In this document: in pieces, positions 52,930-62,823 of the stretch
Position numbering within the stretch: position 1 is the first letter of the stretch
How the letters are laid out: every line of letters starts with the position of its first letter
NCBI GenBank assembly: GCA_963833985.1
Contig: CAWIAD010000001.1
Location: forward strand, 1,600,001-1,664,000
Source of the DNA: an uncultured Planctomycetaceae bacterium
GTDB lineage: Bacteria; Planctomycetota; Planctomycetia; Isosphaerales; Isosphaeraceae
DNA: 64,000 nt
Direction of reading: 5' to 3'
The notes under the pieces: model-generated
What the model was told of the DNA's origin: nothing
Databases searched by the model: none
Seen by the model: the letters and a program-made list of their open reading frames with translations, nothing else
Translations under genes and position numbers: made by a program

Positions 52930-54156
52930 ATGCCAGAGGCCCGGATTGGCTCGGAACTGTGCGGTCTGCTGCCCGGGAAACCCCGGTCGGTCGTTCCCAC
53001 TCTGCTGACCCTGCTGGCCATGGCGGCCAGCGGCTGGGGGCCGCTTGCGGAGTTTGCCGCTCGTGCCGATGAGCCCCTCGGGACCGTCCCGGACCAACGG
53101 CAACTGAAGGCGATCGTGGCCACGCTGACCTCTGCCGAGATGCAGGGCCGGCGCGGCGAAGGGGCACGCAAGGCGGCCGCTTACCTGGTGGACGCCTTCC
53201 AGAAACTCCGGCTCGAACCGCTCTTCGGGGGGCAGTTCCTCCAGCAGATCCCCGCGTCGGAACCGGGCCGGATCCAGGGGCGGAACGTCGGCGCGATGCT
53301 CAGGGGAATCGACCCCGTCCTGCGCGACCAGTGGATCATCGTCTCGGCACATTACGACCACCTGGGCATCCGCAGGGGAGTACTCTATCCCGGCGCCGAC
53401 GACAACGCATCCGGCGTGGCCATGCTGCTCGAGGTGGCCCGGGCCATCTCAGGCTCTCCCGAACCCCCGCGCCGCAGCCTCATGTTCGTCGCCTTCGACC
53501 TGGAAGAGATTGGCCTCTTCGGCTCACGCTACTTCGTGGCCCATCCTCCGGTGCCACTCCCGCAGGTGGCCCTGTTCATGACCGCGGACATGATCGGCCG
53601 GTCCCTGGGGGGCGTGTGCAAGAGCCACGTCTTCGTGCTGGGGACCGAGAACGCCCCGGGACTGCGCGACTGGATCGGCCAGGCCGCCCACGAGCGGCCC
53701 TTGACCGTGGGCCTCCTGGGTTCAGACATCCTGATCCTCAACCGCAGCGATTACGGGCCGTTTCGCACGCGCCGCGTCCCGTACCTGTTCTTCAGCACGG
53801 GGGAGAACCCCTGCTACCATTCGCCCGAGGACAAGCCGGAGACACTCGACTACGCCAAGCTGACGGCGATCAGCCAGATGATTCACGGTGTCACGCGCAC
53901 CGCCGCGGCCGCGGATACGGTCCCCCGCTGGAGTGACGCTCCGGATCATTCCCTGGCCGAGGCCATCACGATGCGCGACGTGATCGCCAGGCTCCTGGAG
54001 AATCAGCAGAGCCTGAAACTGAGCCCGGCTCAGCTCTTTCTCATGAAGCACACCATGCAGAACCTGGCCGCCATCATCGCCCGCGGCGCGATGAGCGAAA
54101 CCGAGCGCTCCGGGGTGGTTCAAGCGGTGCGCGTGATCCTGCTCATGCTCCAGTGA
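52930..54156 (+). CDS. M28 family peptidase (start uncertain)
   Basis: SAHYDHLG, PGADDNASG, FDLEEIGLFGS, RSDY, YHSPED. Confidence 0.9.
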   Translation: MPEARIGSELCGLLPGKPRSVVPTLLTLLAMAASGWGPLAEFAARADEPLGTVPDQRQLKAIVATLTSAEMQGRRGEGARKAAAYLVDAFQKLRLEPLFGGQFLQQIPASEPGRIQGRNVGAMLRGIDPVLRDQWIIVSAHYDHLGIRRGVLYPGADDNASGVAMLLEVARAISGSPEPPRRSLMFVAFDLEEIGLFGSRYFVAHPPVPLPQVALFMTADMIGRSLGGVCKSHVFVLGTENAPGLRDWIGQAAHERPLTVGLLGSDILILNRSDYGPFRTRRVPYLFFSTGENPCYHSPEDKPETLDYAKLTAISQMIHGVTRTAAAADTVPRWSDAPDHSLAEAITMRDVIARLLENQQSLKLSPAQLFLMKHTMQNLAAIIARGAMSETERSGVVQAVRVILLMLQ

Positions 54157-54177
54157 GGTCTTGAGCCGGCCTTTCGC

Positions 54178-56376
54178 TCAGGGCTGCGGCTGCCCGAAAC
54201 GGCCGGAGCGGCGGAAGCGGCGGGTCTGCGGAAAATCGGCGCCGGCCGGCTGCGGTGGCTGGGGCGGTACGAAACGGGGGTCGCGCTGAGGCCGCATGAC
54301 GCCGGGGCCAAAGACACCGGGCGGCCCGCCCATGCGCCCGCCACCCGGAAGCTGAGGCCGCATGGGCTCGAACTGTCCAGGTCGCTGCATCCGCCCGGGA
54401 AACCTTGGGTTCTGGTCCAGCAGGCGGCCGTCCAGAGCGTCCATCACCTCGGGGACATGCAGGTCAATTGCTTCGTCATTCTCCGCGGGGTTCCCGCCGG
54501 TTGCGTCGGAACCGGCCGCCGGCGTGTCGCTGCAATGCTCGGCCAGGTAACGGGTCCACGAGCTGCGGTGGTCAGCCACCGGGGTCAGTACGCGTCCCAC
54601 TGGCGTTTCCTCCACGGTCCGGGGCGGAGCGCCCTGGACCAGCCGCAGGTACTCGATCACGGCCCGTGCCTGCCGCTCCTGATGGAGGCCCTGAAGCACC
54701 TGGGCCTTCAACGCCAGCAGCCGGAAACGCAGCTCGGTTGAACCGGCGCGGGCCGAGAGCATGTCGAGATCGGTCTCGGCGGTTGCGTAATCGCCTCGCA
54801 GGTAATCGAAAAAGAGCCGGTACTCGTCTTCGGACGGATCGGCCGGGTTCTCCTTGAGGGCGCTGCTGTGTGCGGCGGGCGGCTCGTCGAGGAGCGCCCG
54901 GGCGACCTTGCCAAGGCGGCGCAACGAGAACGTCACGGGAGACTGAGGAAGGATCTCGCCGGACGCGGGCAGGAGACTGACCCTGTCGACGGGTTGTCCG
55001 TCCAGCAAGGGCTGCGGGACGGTTTGCAGGAGCGACTGCGCGGCGCCCGCGAGCGTTGTCAGCCATTCCTGGCGCGCGGTGCTGTCAGGGGCCAGCAGTT
55101 TGACGTGGGTAGAGCCCAGGTCGCAGAGCAAGGGTGGAGACATTCCCCCGGCCGTTTCCACACGGATCGCCAGCGTCTGGCCGTCGGGATGCAGAGCGAG
55201 CGTGCCGAGCGGCAGGCCGGCGACCAGGGGGTGGAACTTCTTGATGACCGCCTGCCGGCGGATATTGCCGTAGCCGATGACCGGAGTTGGCCCGTCCAGG
55301 TCAGAGGCGAAGGCACAGAACTCCTGGTCACGGTCAAAATCGACGGAGAATCGCTTTGGTCCGGCCGTCGCCGTGGTGGGCGGCTCCAGGTCGATCATGC
55401 CCCAGCCCGCGGGGTTCCCCGGTTGCCGTGGGTTGCGCGCCTGCAACGGCCCGCGAGGTGTGTTTCTTGGCCCGGCATCGTCGCTCAGGCTCATGGCCCG
55501 GATGGTCGCGCCGGAATCCACGAGGATGCGGAGGATCTCGAATCCGGAGTTTCGCCCGTGGAGCCGCCTGGCGGCGACCAGGATCGATTGACCATCCTGG
55601 CTCCAGGCCGCGGGCTCCGTCATGGCGGTGAGCTCGGCCAGCGAGCGGGCTGCCGAGAAATCGTGGCCCACAATCTGGAGACTCTGAGTGGCGACGGCGG
55701 CTCGAAAGGTGCGGACGAATGCCAGCCGTGTGCTATCCGGAGACCATGACGGCAGGCTGGCCCCCTCGAGCGTCTTCAGAACCCGACCCTGCTCGGGAAG
55801 CACGATCAGGAGGGCCGCCGACCCGCCTGGGCGCGGAATCGCCAGGTAACGGCCATCGGGGCTCCACGATGCCCGCAGTTCGCTGAAGGCGGCCACCTGG
55901 TCGCGGTGCAGCACGGTTTCGGGAAGCGTGCCGATCACGCGATGCTCTTCCAGCGTCTGTTGCAGTACCAGTTCGACCTCGCCTCGTACGAGTCCCTCGC
56001 GCGATCTCGCGAAGCGGGGAACGAACCGGGCGTAGAACAGGCTGTGCCCCTCAGGGCCCCAGACCGGCGCGGAAAGCGGCTCGGCGGAATCGGCGATCAG
56101 GACCGAGCTTCCTGAGCCTTTTTCGGTGGCCCAGATACGGTACCGGCGAGCGGCTGCGGACCCTTCAGCGCGCTGGACTGGAATTTCGTAAGGTGAAATC
56201 GGTTCCGCCCGCGGCTCGAAGAGCCATCCGTCGCGGTGCGCAGGAGGCTCCGCGGTTTCAACGAGTGTGTAGGCCAGCCACTGACCATCCGGAGACCAGG
56301 AGACGGGCGACTGCACGCAGGCCCCGGCCAGCGTGGTGGCCAGCAATCGGAACAGGCTCAAGAGAACAGGTTGCAA
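54178..56376 (-). CDS. TolB-like (PD40) beta-propeller exported protein with Pro/Gly-rich tail
   Basis: Repeated WSPDG/WSQDG/LHPDG motifs; GGGGAGG RBS before TTG 56376; LAGAC possible lipobox. Confidence 0.7.
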   Translation of the reverse strand: MQPVLLSLFRLLATTLAGACVQSPVSWSPDGQWLAYTLVETAEPPAHRDGWLFEPRAEPISPYEIPVQRAEGSAAARRYRIWATEKGSGSSVLIADSAEPLSAPVWGPEGHSLFYARFVPRFARSREGLVRGEVELVLQQTLEEHRVIGTLPETVLHRDQVAAFSELRASWSPDGRYLAIPRPGGSAALLIVLPEQGRVLKTLEGASLPSWSPDSTRLAFVRTFRAAVATQSLQIVGHDFSAARSLAELTAMTEPAAWSQDGQSILVAARRLHGRNSGFEILRILVDSGATIRAMSLSDDAGPRNTPRGPLQARNPRQPGNPAGWGMIDLEPPTTATAGPKRFSVDFDRDQEFCAFASDLDGPTPVIGYGNIRRQAVIKKFHPLVAGLPLGTLALHPDGQTLAIRVETAGGMSPPLLCDLGSTHVKLLAPDSTARQEWLTTLAGAAQSLLQTVPQPLLDGQPVDRVSLLPASGEILPQSPVTFSLRRLGKVARALLDEPPAAHSSALKENPADPSEDEYRLFFDYLRGDYATAETDLDMLSARAGSTELRFRLLALKAQVLQGLHQERQARAVIEYLRLVQGAPPRTVEETPVGRVLTPVADHRSSWTRYLAEHCSDTPAAGSDATGGNPAENDEAIDLHVPEVMDALDGRLLDQNPRFPGRMQRPGQFEPMRPQLPGGGRMGGPPGVFGPGVMRPQRDPRFVPPQPPQPAGADFPQTRRFRRSGRFGQPQP

Positions 56377-56735
56377 CGTCAGGCCCTCCCCCTTGAGATT
56401 CCTTCTCGTTTCGCACTGACCAGGAACCGATCCACGCGGGCAAGTCGTCTCCGGCTGGCTGGCATTTGCCAGGACAACGGATGCGAGCGCAGCCGTCTGG
56501 AGACCGCCTGCCGGCCCGGTATCGCCTTGCGGATCGATTCTCAGTATAGTCAAGAAGCAGGCCGAGTTCCTAGCCGACCATTTTGTTCCACTGCCCCGGC
56601 TCTTGAATCGGCGCCCGGCGGTCGATTATCTTTTATAGTGAGATCGTTGTGGCGGAAGGCGGACGATTCCCGGCGACTGGCCAGGCCCTTCCGAATCAGA
56701 TCGTATGGGTTGCACGATGACGGTCGGGAGTCGCT

Positions 56736-57265
56736 ATGCGCTTTGTGTTGATTGACCGGATTCTTGATGTGCAGAGGGGCGAATCCCTGGTGGCCGTGAA
56801 GAACCTGTCGCTCGCGGAAGAATACCTGAGCGACCACTTTCCCGGGTTCCCCGTCATGCCAGGTGTCCTGATGCTCGAGGCATCACCCAGGCAGGCGCAT
56901 GGGTGATTCGCGATATGGAAGATTTCGCGCACAGCATCATCTTGCTCAAGCAGGCCAAAACCATCAAGTATGGCAGTTTCGTTGAGCCGGGGCGGCAACT
57001 GGAGCTACGCGTCAACCTGGTGGCCCATACCGACTGCGAAACGAGCTTCAAGGCCGTGGGGCTGATCGACGGCCAGGAGATGGTCAAAGGGCGCATTGCG
57101 CTGAGGCGCTTCAACTTGCGTGATCGTGATCCGGGCCTCCACCAGACGGACTCAACCATCGTCGCCGGACTTCGCGACCTCTACCAGACGCTCCGCAAGG
57201 GGTCCGTCGGTGCTCGTGCCATCAGCCGTGTGCCGGCCGCTCCGGAGGTGAAGACAACCGTCTGA
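56736..57265 (+). CDS. FabZ-like hotdog dehydratase 1; frameshift near 56881
   Basis: MRFVLIDRI...KNLSLAEEYLSDHFPGFPVMPGVLMLEA continues as TQAGAWVIR...FVEPG. Confidence 0.85.
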
Positions 57266-57627
57266 GCCAGGAATGGCCGGAACCCCCAGAACCCCCGCCT
57301 GCACTCCCGCCGTCGAATGACGCCCTCCTGTACACCCTCCCAGGCCACCTACCCGGCTCAGCTTACCTGGGCCAGGCCACTTGAATCCCTCCTTATGATG
57401 TTGCAAGGATTCTATTTTTTCCGCATGATACCGGCCTGCTACAGACCGATCGCGGTCGGGCAACTTTCCAGGCTGGCTCTCGCGGTCCATCGCGCACCGG
57501 GATGAGAGACCTTTGAAGTTGGACGCTCAGTATCGCCGACGATTAAGTGAGCCGACTTGATTCTCGGCGCCCCTGCCGGTCGGTCTGGATCGGGGTTGAG
57601 CGGCAATCCCTTTTTCCTGAGGATGAC

Positions 57628-58014
57628 ATGCCAACGTACGACGAGATCTTCGAGAAAGTTCAAGCGACTCTGGTGGATGCCCTCGGCGTGGACGAGGAAG
57701 ACGTGACTCAGCAGGCGACCCTGCAAGGGGACCTGGGGGCCGAGTCGATCGACTTTCTGGACATCGTATTCCGGCTCGAGCGGAATTTCGGGATCAAGAT
57801 TCCCCGAGGCGAGCTCTTCCCTGAAAACCTCGTTGCCGACCCCGAGTGGGTGGCCGAGGGTAAGCTCACCGAGAAGGGGATCAGCGAGCTGAAGTCGCGT
57901 CTGCCGTACGCCGACCTCTCCAGATTTGCCGCAAATCCGGACGTGGAAAAGATCGGAGATCTTTACACGGTCGACATGCTTGTCCATTATGTCCAGAGCA
58001 AACTGGCTGCCTGA
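57628..58014 (+). CDS. Extended acyl carrier protein (128 aa)
   Basis: DLGAESIDFLDIVFRLERNFGIKI with Ser40 as Ppant site; about 50 aa insertion before TVDMLVHYV. Confidence 0.9.
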   Translation: MPTYDEIFEKVQATLVDALGVDEEDVTQQATLQGDLGAESIDFLDIVFRLERNFGIKIPRGELFPENLVADPEWVAEGKLTEKGISELKSRLPYADLSRFAANPDVEKIGDLYTVDMLVHYVQSKLAA

Positions 58015-58167
58015 ACCGGTTGTATGAGTCATGGCGGGCCGGATCGCCGGGCCGGAGTCACGGTCGGTTCCGCCGCGACGTGAAGCGGAGCCGATGGCCG
58101 CGGGCTCCTGGTTCGTCGACAGCCCTGGAAATCGTCGCCCTGGTCTCAAGAGGTGCTTTTTCCGACA

Positions 58168-58707
58168 ATGCGCTGGATCTGGATCGATAAATTCCTGGAG
58201 TTTCGCAGCGGCCAGTTCGCCAGGGCGATCAAGAACCTGACATTGGCTGAGGAGCACCTGCACGATCATTTTCCCGGTTACCCGGTCATGCCCGCCTCCT
58301 TGATCATCGAGGGGCTTGCGCAGACCGGGGGTATCCTGGTCGGTGAGGCTGGTGGCTTCGCGGAAAAAGTCGTGCTGGCGAAGATCCCCAGGGCGGAGTT
58401 CCTGGGGGTGGCCTGCGCAGGTGATCAGCTCATTTACGAGGTAACCCTCAAGGACCTGCGCAGCGAGGGTGCCGTGGTCGAGGCCAAGGCGTTCCTGGAA
58501 GGCGAGCTCCTGGTCGACGCGGAGATTGTCTTCGCCCATCTGGACAACTCACGCGCCAATCAGATCTTCGGTCCCAAGAATTTCGTGTTCACGCAGCAAC
58601 TCCTCGGCGTCCTCGACCTGGCGAAGGCGCAGCAGCGCACCCGCGAGGCTGACGGGCTTGCCGCCAGCAACGGGCAACCACACCAGCCAAAGCCAACTGC
58701 CTCCTAG
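58168..58707 (+). CDS. FabZ-like hotdog dehydratase 2
   Basis: MRWIWIDKF, EEHLHDHFPGYPVMPASLIIEGLAQTGG. Confidence 0.88.
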   Translation: MRWIWIDKFLEFRSGQFARAIKNLTLAEEHLHDHFPGYPVMPASLIIEGLAQTGGILVGEAGGFAEKVVLAKIPRAEFLGVACAGDQLIYEVTLKDLRSEGAVVEAKAFLEGELLVDAEIVFAHLDNSRANQIFGPKNFVFTQQLLGVLDLAKAQQRTREADGLAASNGQPHQPKPTAS

Positions 58708-58899
58708 GCTCTTGCCAGCCACACCGTTTGTTCCGCCTGGGTGAAGACCGCGAATCGGGAAAAAGTTGCGGTCCAGGTTGAGTTTGTGTCCCCGCGACGG
58801 CCGAGAGAGGTCATAATAGTGGGACAAAAGAAAAGGACGTGGGGCCTACTAACGGGATGAGGCCCAGGGTCAGATCGGTCGGAGATCGACGAGTCATTC

Positions 58900-60216
58900 A
58901 TGCTTGGTTCCCAACGCCGCGTGGTCATTACCGGTCTGGGCCTGGTCACACCGCTGGGAGATGCCCCGGACCGAGTTTGGGGTGCCCTGGTCGAGGGTCA
59001 GGGTGCGGTGCGCCCCGTCGAGGCATTTCCCGTGGAAGGGATGCCGAACCAGCTCGGGGCCGAGATTCGCCACTTTGACTTCCTGAAGACGCCCGCGCTG
59101 GCGAAGGCGAAATTCATCAAAGAACTGCGCAAGAGCCGCAAGTACATGGCCCGGGACATCCAGCTTTGCGTGGCCGCGGCGCAGCTCGCCTCCGTGGACG
59201 CCCGCCTCGACGCGGGCGGAGTGGACCCGGCCCGAGTTGGTATCGACCTTGGAGCCGGGCTCATCTCCACAGAGCTGGACGAGCTGGCACCGGCCATCGA
59301 GCACGCCACGCCGCACGGCGGATCGTTCGATTTCGGGAGCTGGGGCCGGGAATCGATCGGCATGATCGAGCCCATCTGGCTGCTCAAGTATCTCCCCAAC
59401 ATGCTGGCCTGCCACATTTCCATCCTCATGGACTGCCAGGGTCCCAGCAACACGATCACGCAGGGCGATGCCTCGTCGAACCTGGCCATCGCCGAGGCGG
59501 CGCGGATCATCGCACGCGGTAAAGCCGACGTCATGATTGCCGGCGGCGCCGACTCGAAGGTGCATCCGCTGAGCTTCGTGCGCATGGCCCTGAATCGGAC
59601 CATGTCGCCCTGGAAAGGCGAGCCGGCCGGGGCCTGCCGGCCGTTTGATACGCACCGTTGCGGTACCGTGCCCGGCGAGGGCGCGGGCATCTTGATTCTG
59701 GAAGAGCGCGAGCACGCCCTGCGCCGCGGGGCTGTCATCCACGGCGAGGTCCTGGGCGCCGGCTCCGGGTGCGATGCCGTGGCCACGGGCGGCCTCGATC
59801 CCGAAGGGAGCGGTACGGAAGTCGCCATTCTCTCCGCGCTGCGCGAAGCCGGTCTGCCGCCATCGGCCATCGGCCACGTGAACGCCCACGGCGTGGGCTC
59901 GGTGGTTGGAGATCTCGCCGAGGCCCGGGCGTTTCACCGGGTCTTCGGCGCGGCTTCTCCGCCTGTCACGGCACTCAAGGGGTATTTCGGCACGCTGGCC
60001 TCCGGCTGCGGCGCGGTGGAACTGATCGGCAGCCTGATCGGCGTCAATCGCGGCCTCATTCCGCCGGCCTTGAACTGCGACGAACCGGATCCCGCCTGCG
60101 CGCTGGACATCGTCCGCCGTGCACCGCGGCCGACACGCAACACGGTCTTCATCAACACGAACATCACGGGCAACGGCCAGGCGGCCGCCGTGGTCGTCCG
60201 TGGTCATGCTCCATAG
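58900..60216 (+). CDS. Ketosynthase-like protein lacking the catalytic Cys (chain-length-factor-like)
   Basis: RRVVITGLG, PNM, CRPFD, GEGAG; active-site position reads TQGDASS and KSxxGH reads KGYFGT. Confidence 0.85.
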   Translation: MLGSQRRVVITGLGLVTPLGDAPDRVWGALVEGQGAVRPVEAFPVEGMPNQLGAEIRHFDFLKTPALAKAKFIKELRKSRKYMARDIQLCVAAAQLASVDARLDAGGVDPARVGIDLGAGLISTELDELAPAIEHATPHGGSFDFGSWGRESIGMIEPIWLLKYLPNMLACHISILMDCQGPSNTITQGDASSNLAIAEAARIIARGKADVMIAGGADSKVHPLSFVRMALNRTMSPWKGEPAGACRPFDTHRCGTVPGEGAGILILEEREHALRRGAVIHGEVLGAGSGCDAVATGGLDPEGSGTEVAILSALREAGLPPSAIGHVNAHGVGSVVGDLAEARAFHRVFGAASPPVTALKGYFGTLASGCGAVELIGSLIGVNRGLIPPALNCDEPDPACALDIVRRAPRPTRNTVFINTNITGNGQAAAVVVRGHAP

Positions 60217-60311
60217 TCCACCCGAACAACGTCAGAGCGCAGCCGCCGGGCAAGTCATGAGGCAGCCGGCGGGATGGGTATGAGTGGATCGAACCGCGAG
60301 GAATCGCCCGC

Positions 60312-61597
60312 ATGCGTCGTGTACTGGTCACGGGAATGGGTATGGTCACTCCGGTTGGCCACGACCTCGAGTCTACCTGGTCGGCAATCCAGGAGGGACA
60401 GAGCGGGGTCGGGCCGATCTCGCTCTTCGACGCGCACACGTTTCCCACTCGCATTGCGGCCGAAGTGAAAGACTTCCGGCTCGACCGCTACCGCACGGAT
60501 GCCGGCCGGTGGGCCGACCACTCGCGCAATTCCAAGTTCGCTCTCGCCGCGGCGCAGATGGCCATGAACGATTCGGGCTTGAATGACCCCAGCGCCCTGC
60601 CCGACCGCAGCCGCTTCGGCGTCTATCTCGGGGCCGGCGAGGGCCAGCAGGACTTTCCCCGCTTTGTCAAGCTCGTGCACAAGTCGACGCACGCATGCAA
60701 GGTGCGCACCTCGGAGTTCACCCGGTTGGGCCTGCACGAGCTGCACCCCATTGCCGAGGCCGAGCAGGAGCCGGGCACGCCCTCGGCCCACCTGGCCAAC
60801 GCGTTCGGCGCCAAGGGCCTGAACGCGAATTGTTTGACAGCGTGCGCAGCCAGCTCACAGGCCATCGGCGAGGCGTACGAGATGATTCGCGCTGGTTGTG
60901 CCGATGTCGTGCTCTCGGGCGGCACCCACAGCATGATCCACCCATTCGGAGTCACCGGCTTCATCCTCTTGACCGCCCTCTCCACCCACAACGACGAGCC
61001 GGCGCGGGCGAGCCGACCGTTCGACCGCGATCGCGATGGCTTCATCCTGGGAGAGGGGGCGGGGATGCTCATTCTCGAGGAGCTGGAGCACGCCAGGGCG
61101 CGGGCGCGCGCGTCTACGGGGAAATTGTGGGCTACGGGTCCACGGCCGATGCATTCCGGATCACTGACAGCCATGACGAGGGTCGAGGTGCCATCGCCTG
61201 CATCCGCGAGGCCCTGGAGGACGCCCGGATTTCTCCGGACCAGGTCGATTACATCAATGCCCACGGCACCAGTACGAAGGTGAACGATTCGATCGAGACC
61301 CTCGCCATCAAGCAGGCCTTCGGGGATGCTGCCTACCGCGTGCCGATTTCCAGCACCAAGAGCATGATGGGCCATTTGATTGCGGCTGCCGGGAGCGTCG
61401 AGGCGATTGTCTGCCTGCTGGCGATCCGTGACGGCGTCGTGCCGCCCACGGTGAATCTCGATCACCCCGACGCGGATTGCGACCTGGACTACATCCCGCA
61501 CGAGTCCCGGCGCAAGAAAGTGGATGTCGCGCTTTCAAACAGCTTTGGCTTTGGCGGGCAAAACATCACGCTGATCCTTAGACGATTCACCGATTGA
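60312..61597 (+). CDS. Beta-ketoacyl-ACP synthase II-like with intact Cys-His-His; frameshift near 61103
   Basis: TACAAS, SRPFD..RDGF..GEGAG, INAHGTST, KSMMGHL, SNSFGFGG. Confidence 0.9.
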
Positions 61598-61685
61598 AAG
61601 CACTTCAGCCCACCCGGGCCGGTACGAGCTTCGCCCCCAACGACAAGTGGGCGAAACCCGAACTGGCCGCCGGGAGCCTGTGGCG

Positions 61686-62798
61686 ATGCGATCAGGAGTC
61701 CTTGCCGTGGTTGGCTTTTCCTTCGCGGTTTACCTCGTTGCGACGACCGCTGCACTGGTGATTGCATTTCTGTCGGCCTTCATGGTCTACGCCGTATTCG
61801 CGTACGGCCCCGTGATCCGGCGGATTTTTGAGCTCCGGCCGGTGCTCCTGCCCTTGCGGGTCTCCCCGCAGGACGTCGGCGAGACCGTGCGTTTCCGGAC
61901 CGAAGACGGGCTGGAGCTTTCAGGCTCCTATCTCGCTCGCAGGGCTGTGCCGCGTGCCGGGGTCCTGGTTTTCTGTCACGAATATCTGAGCGACCGATGG
62001 AGCTGCCTTCCTTATCTCGATGCCCTGCGCGACGCCGGCTACGACCTGTTCACTTTCGACTTCCGCAACCACGGCAAGAGTGCTTCCGCCGCCGACTATG
62101 CGCCGCTCCAGTGGGCCACCGAGTACGAGGTGCGCGACCTCCGCGCGGCACTGGCTTACCTGCGTGGCCGTGCCGACCATGACGAGGCCGGTTTCGGTCT
62201 CTTCGGAGTGAGCCGGGGGGGAAGCACGGCCCTCGTCGTCGGCGCCGAGGAACCGGATGTCTGGGGAGTGGTGACCGACGGCGCGTTTCCCACACGCGGC
62301 ACGATCACCGCCTACATGTACCGCTGGGCCGCCATCTTCGTGCAGAGCAAGCTGTTGCTCTCACTCTTCCCCGGCTGGCTGTATGACATGCTGGGCTGGA
62401 TCAGTCTGCGGGGCTCGCAGCGCCGGCTCAATTGCCGGTTCCCCGACATCGAGACGGCTGCCCGGCGGCTTTCTCCGCGGCCCTGGCTGGCAATCCACGG
62501 CGCCCAGGACGTGTACATTGGCCCCGAGATCGCGCGTGCTCTCTTCGAGCATGCCCGTGAGCCCAAGGAGTTGTGGCTCGTGCCCGCGGCCAAGCATAAC
62601 CGCTGCCGGGAGTGCGAACCGGAAGCCTACGCGGCGCGGATCACCCGCTTCCTCGAGGAGCACGCACCGCGCCGCCCCATCCATTCTGCCGTGACGAGCC
62701 TGACGCAGGTGGCGGTCTCGGTTTACTCTACCGAGCCGGTACGCTCGGTCGGTGCTGGCAGGCTCGTGGCGAGCACCGCGGCCCCGGCGACGACCTGA
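61686..62798 (+). CDS. Membrane-anchored alpha/beta hydrolase
   Basis: N-terminal TM, FDFRNHGKS, GVSRG nucleophile elbow, IHGAQD, AKHN. Confidence 0.85.
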   Translation: MRSGVLAVVGFSFAVYLVATTAALVIAFLSAFMVYAVFAYGPVIRRIFELRPVLLPLRVSPQDVGETVRFRTEDGLELSGSYLARRAVPRAGVLVFCHEYLSDRWSCLPYLDALRDAGYDLFTFDFRNHGKSASAADYAPLQWATEYEVRDLRAALAYLRGRADHDEAGFGLFGVSRGGSTALVVGAEEPDVWGVVTDGAFPTRGTITAYMYRWAAIFVQSKLLLSLFPGWLYDMLGWISLRGSQRRLNCRFPDIETAARRLSPRPWLAIHGAQDVYIGPEIARALFEHAREPKELWLVPAAKHNRCRECEPEAYAARITRFLEEHAPRRPIHSAVTSLTQVAVSVYSTEPVRSVGAGRLVASTAAPATT

Positions 62799-62823
62799 CC
62801 GCCTCTCTACCAGGTGCAGAGCC

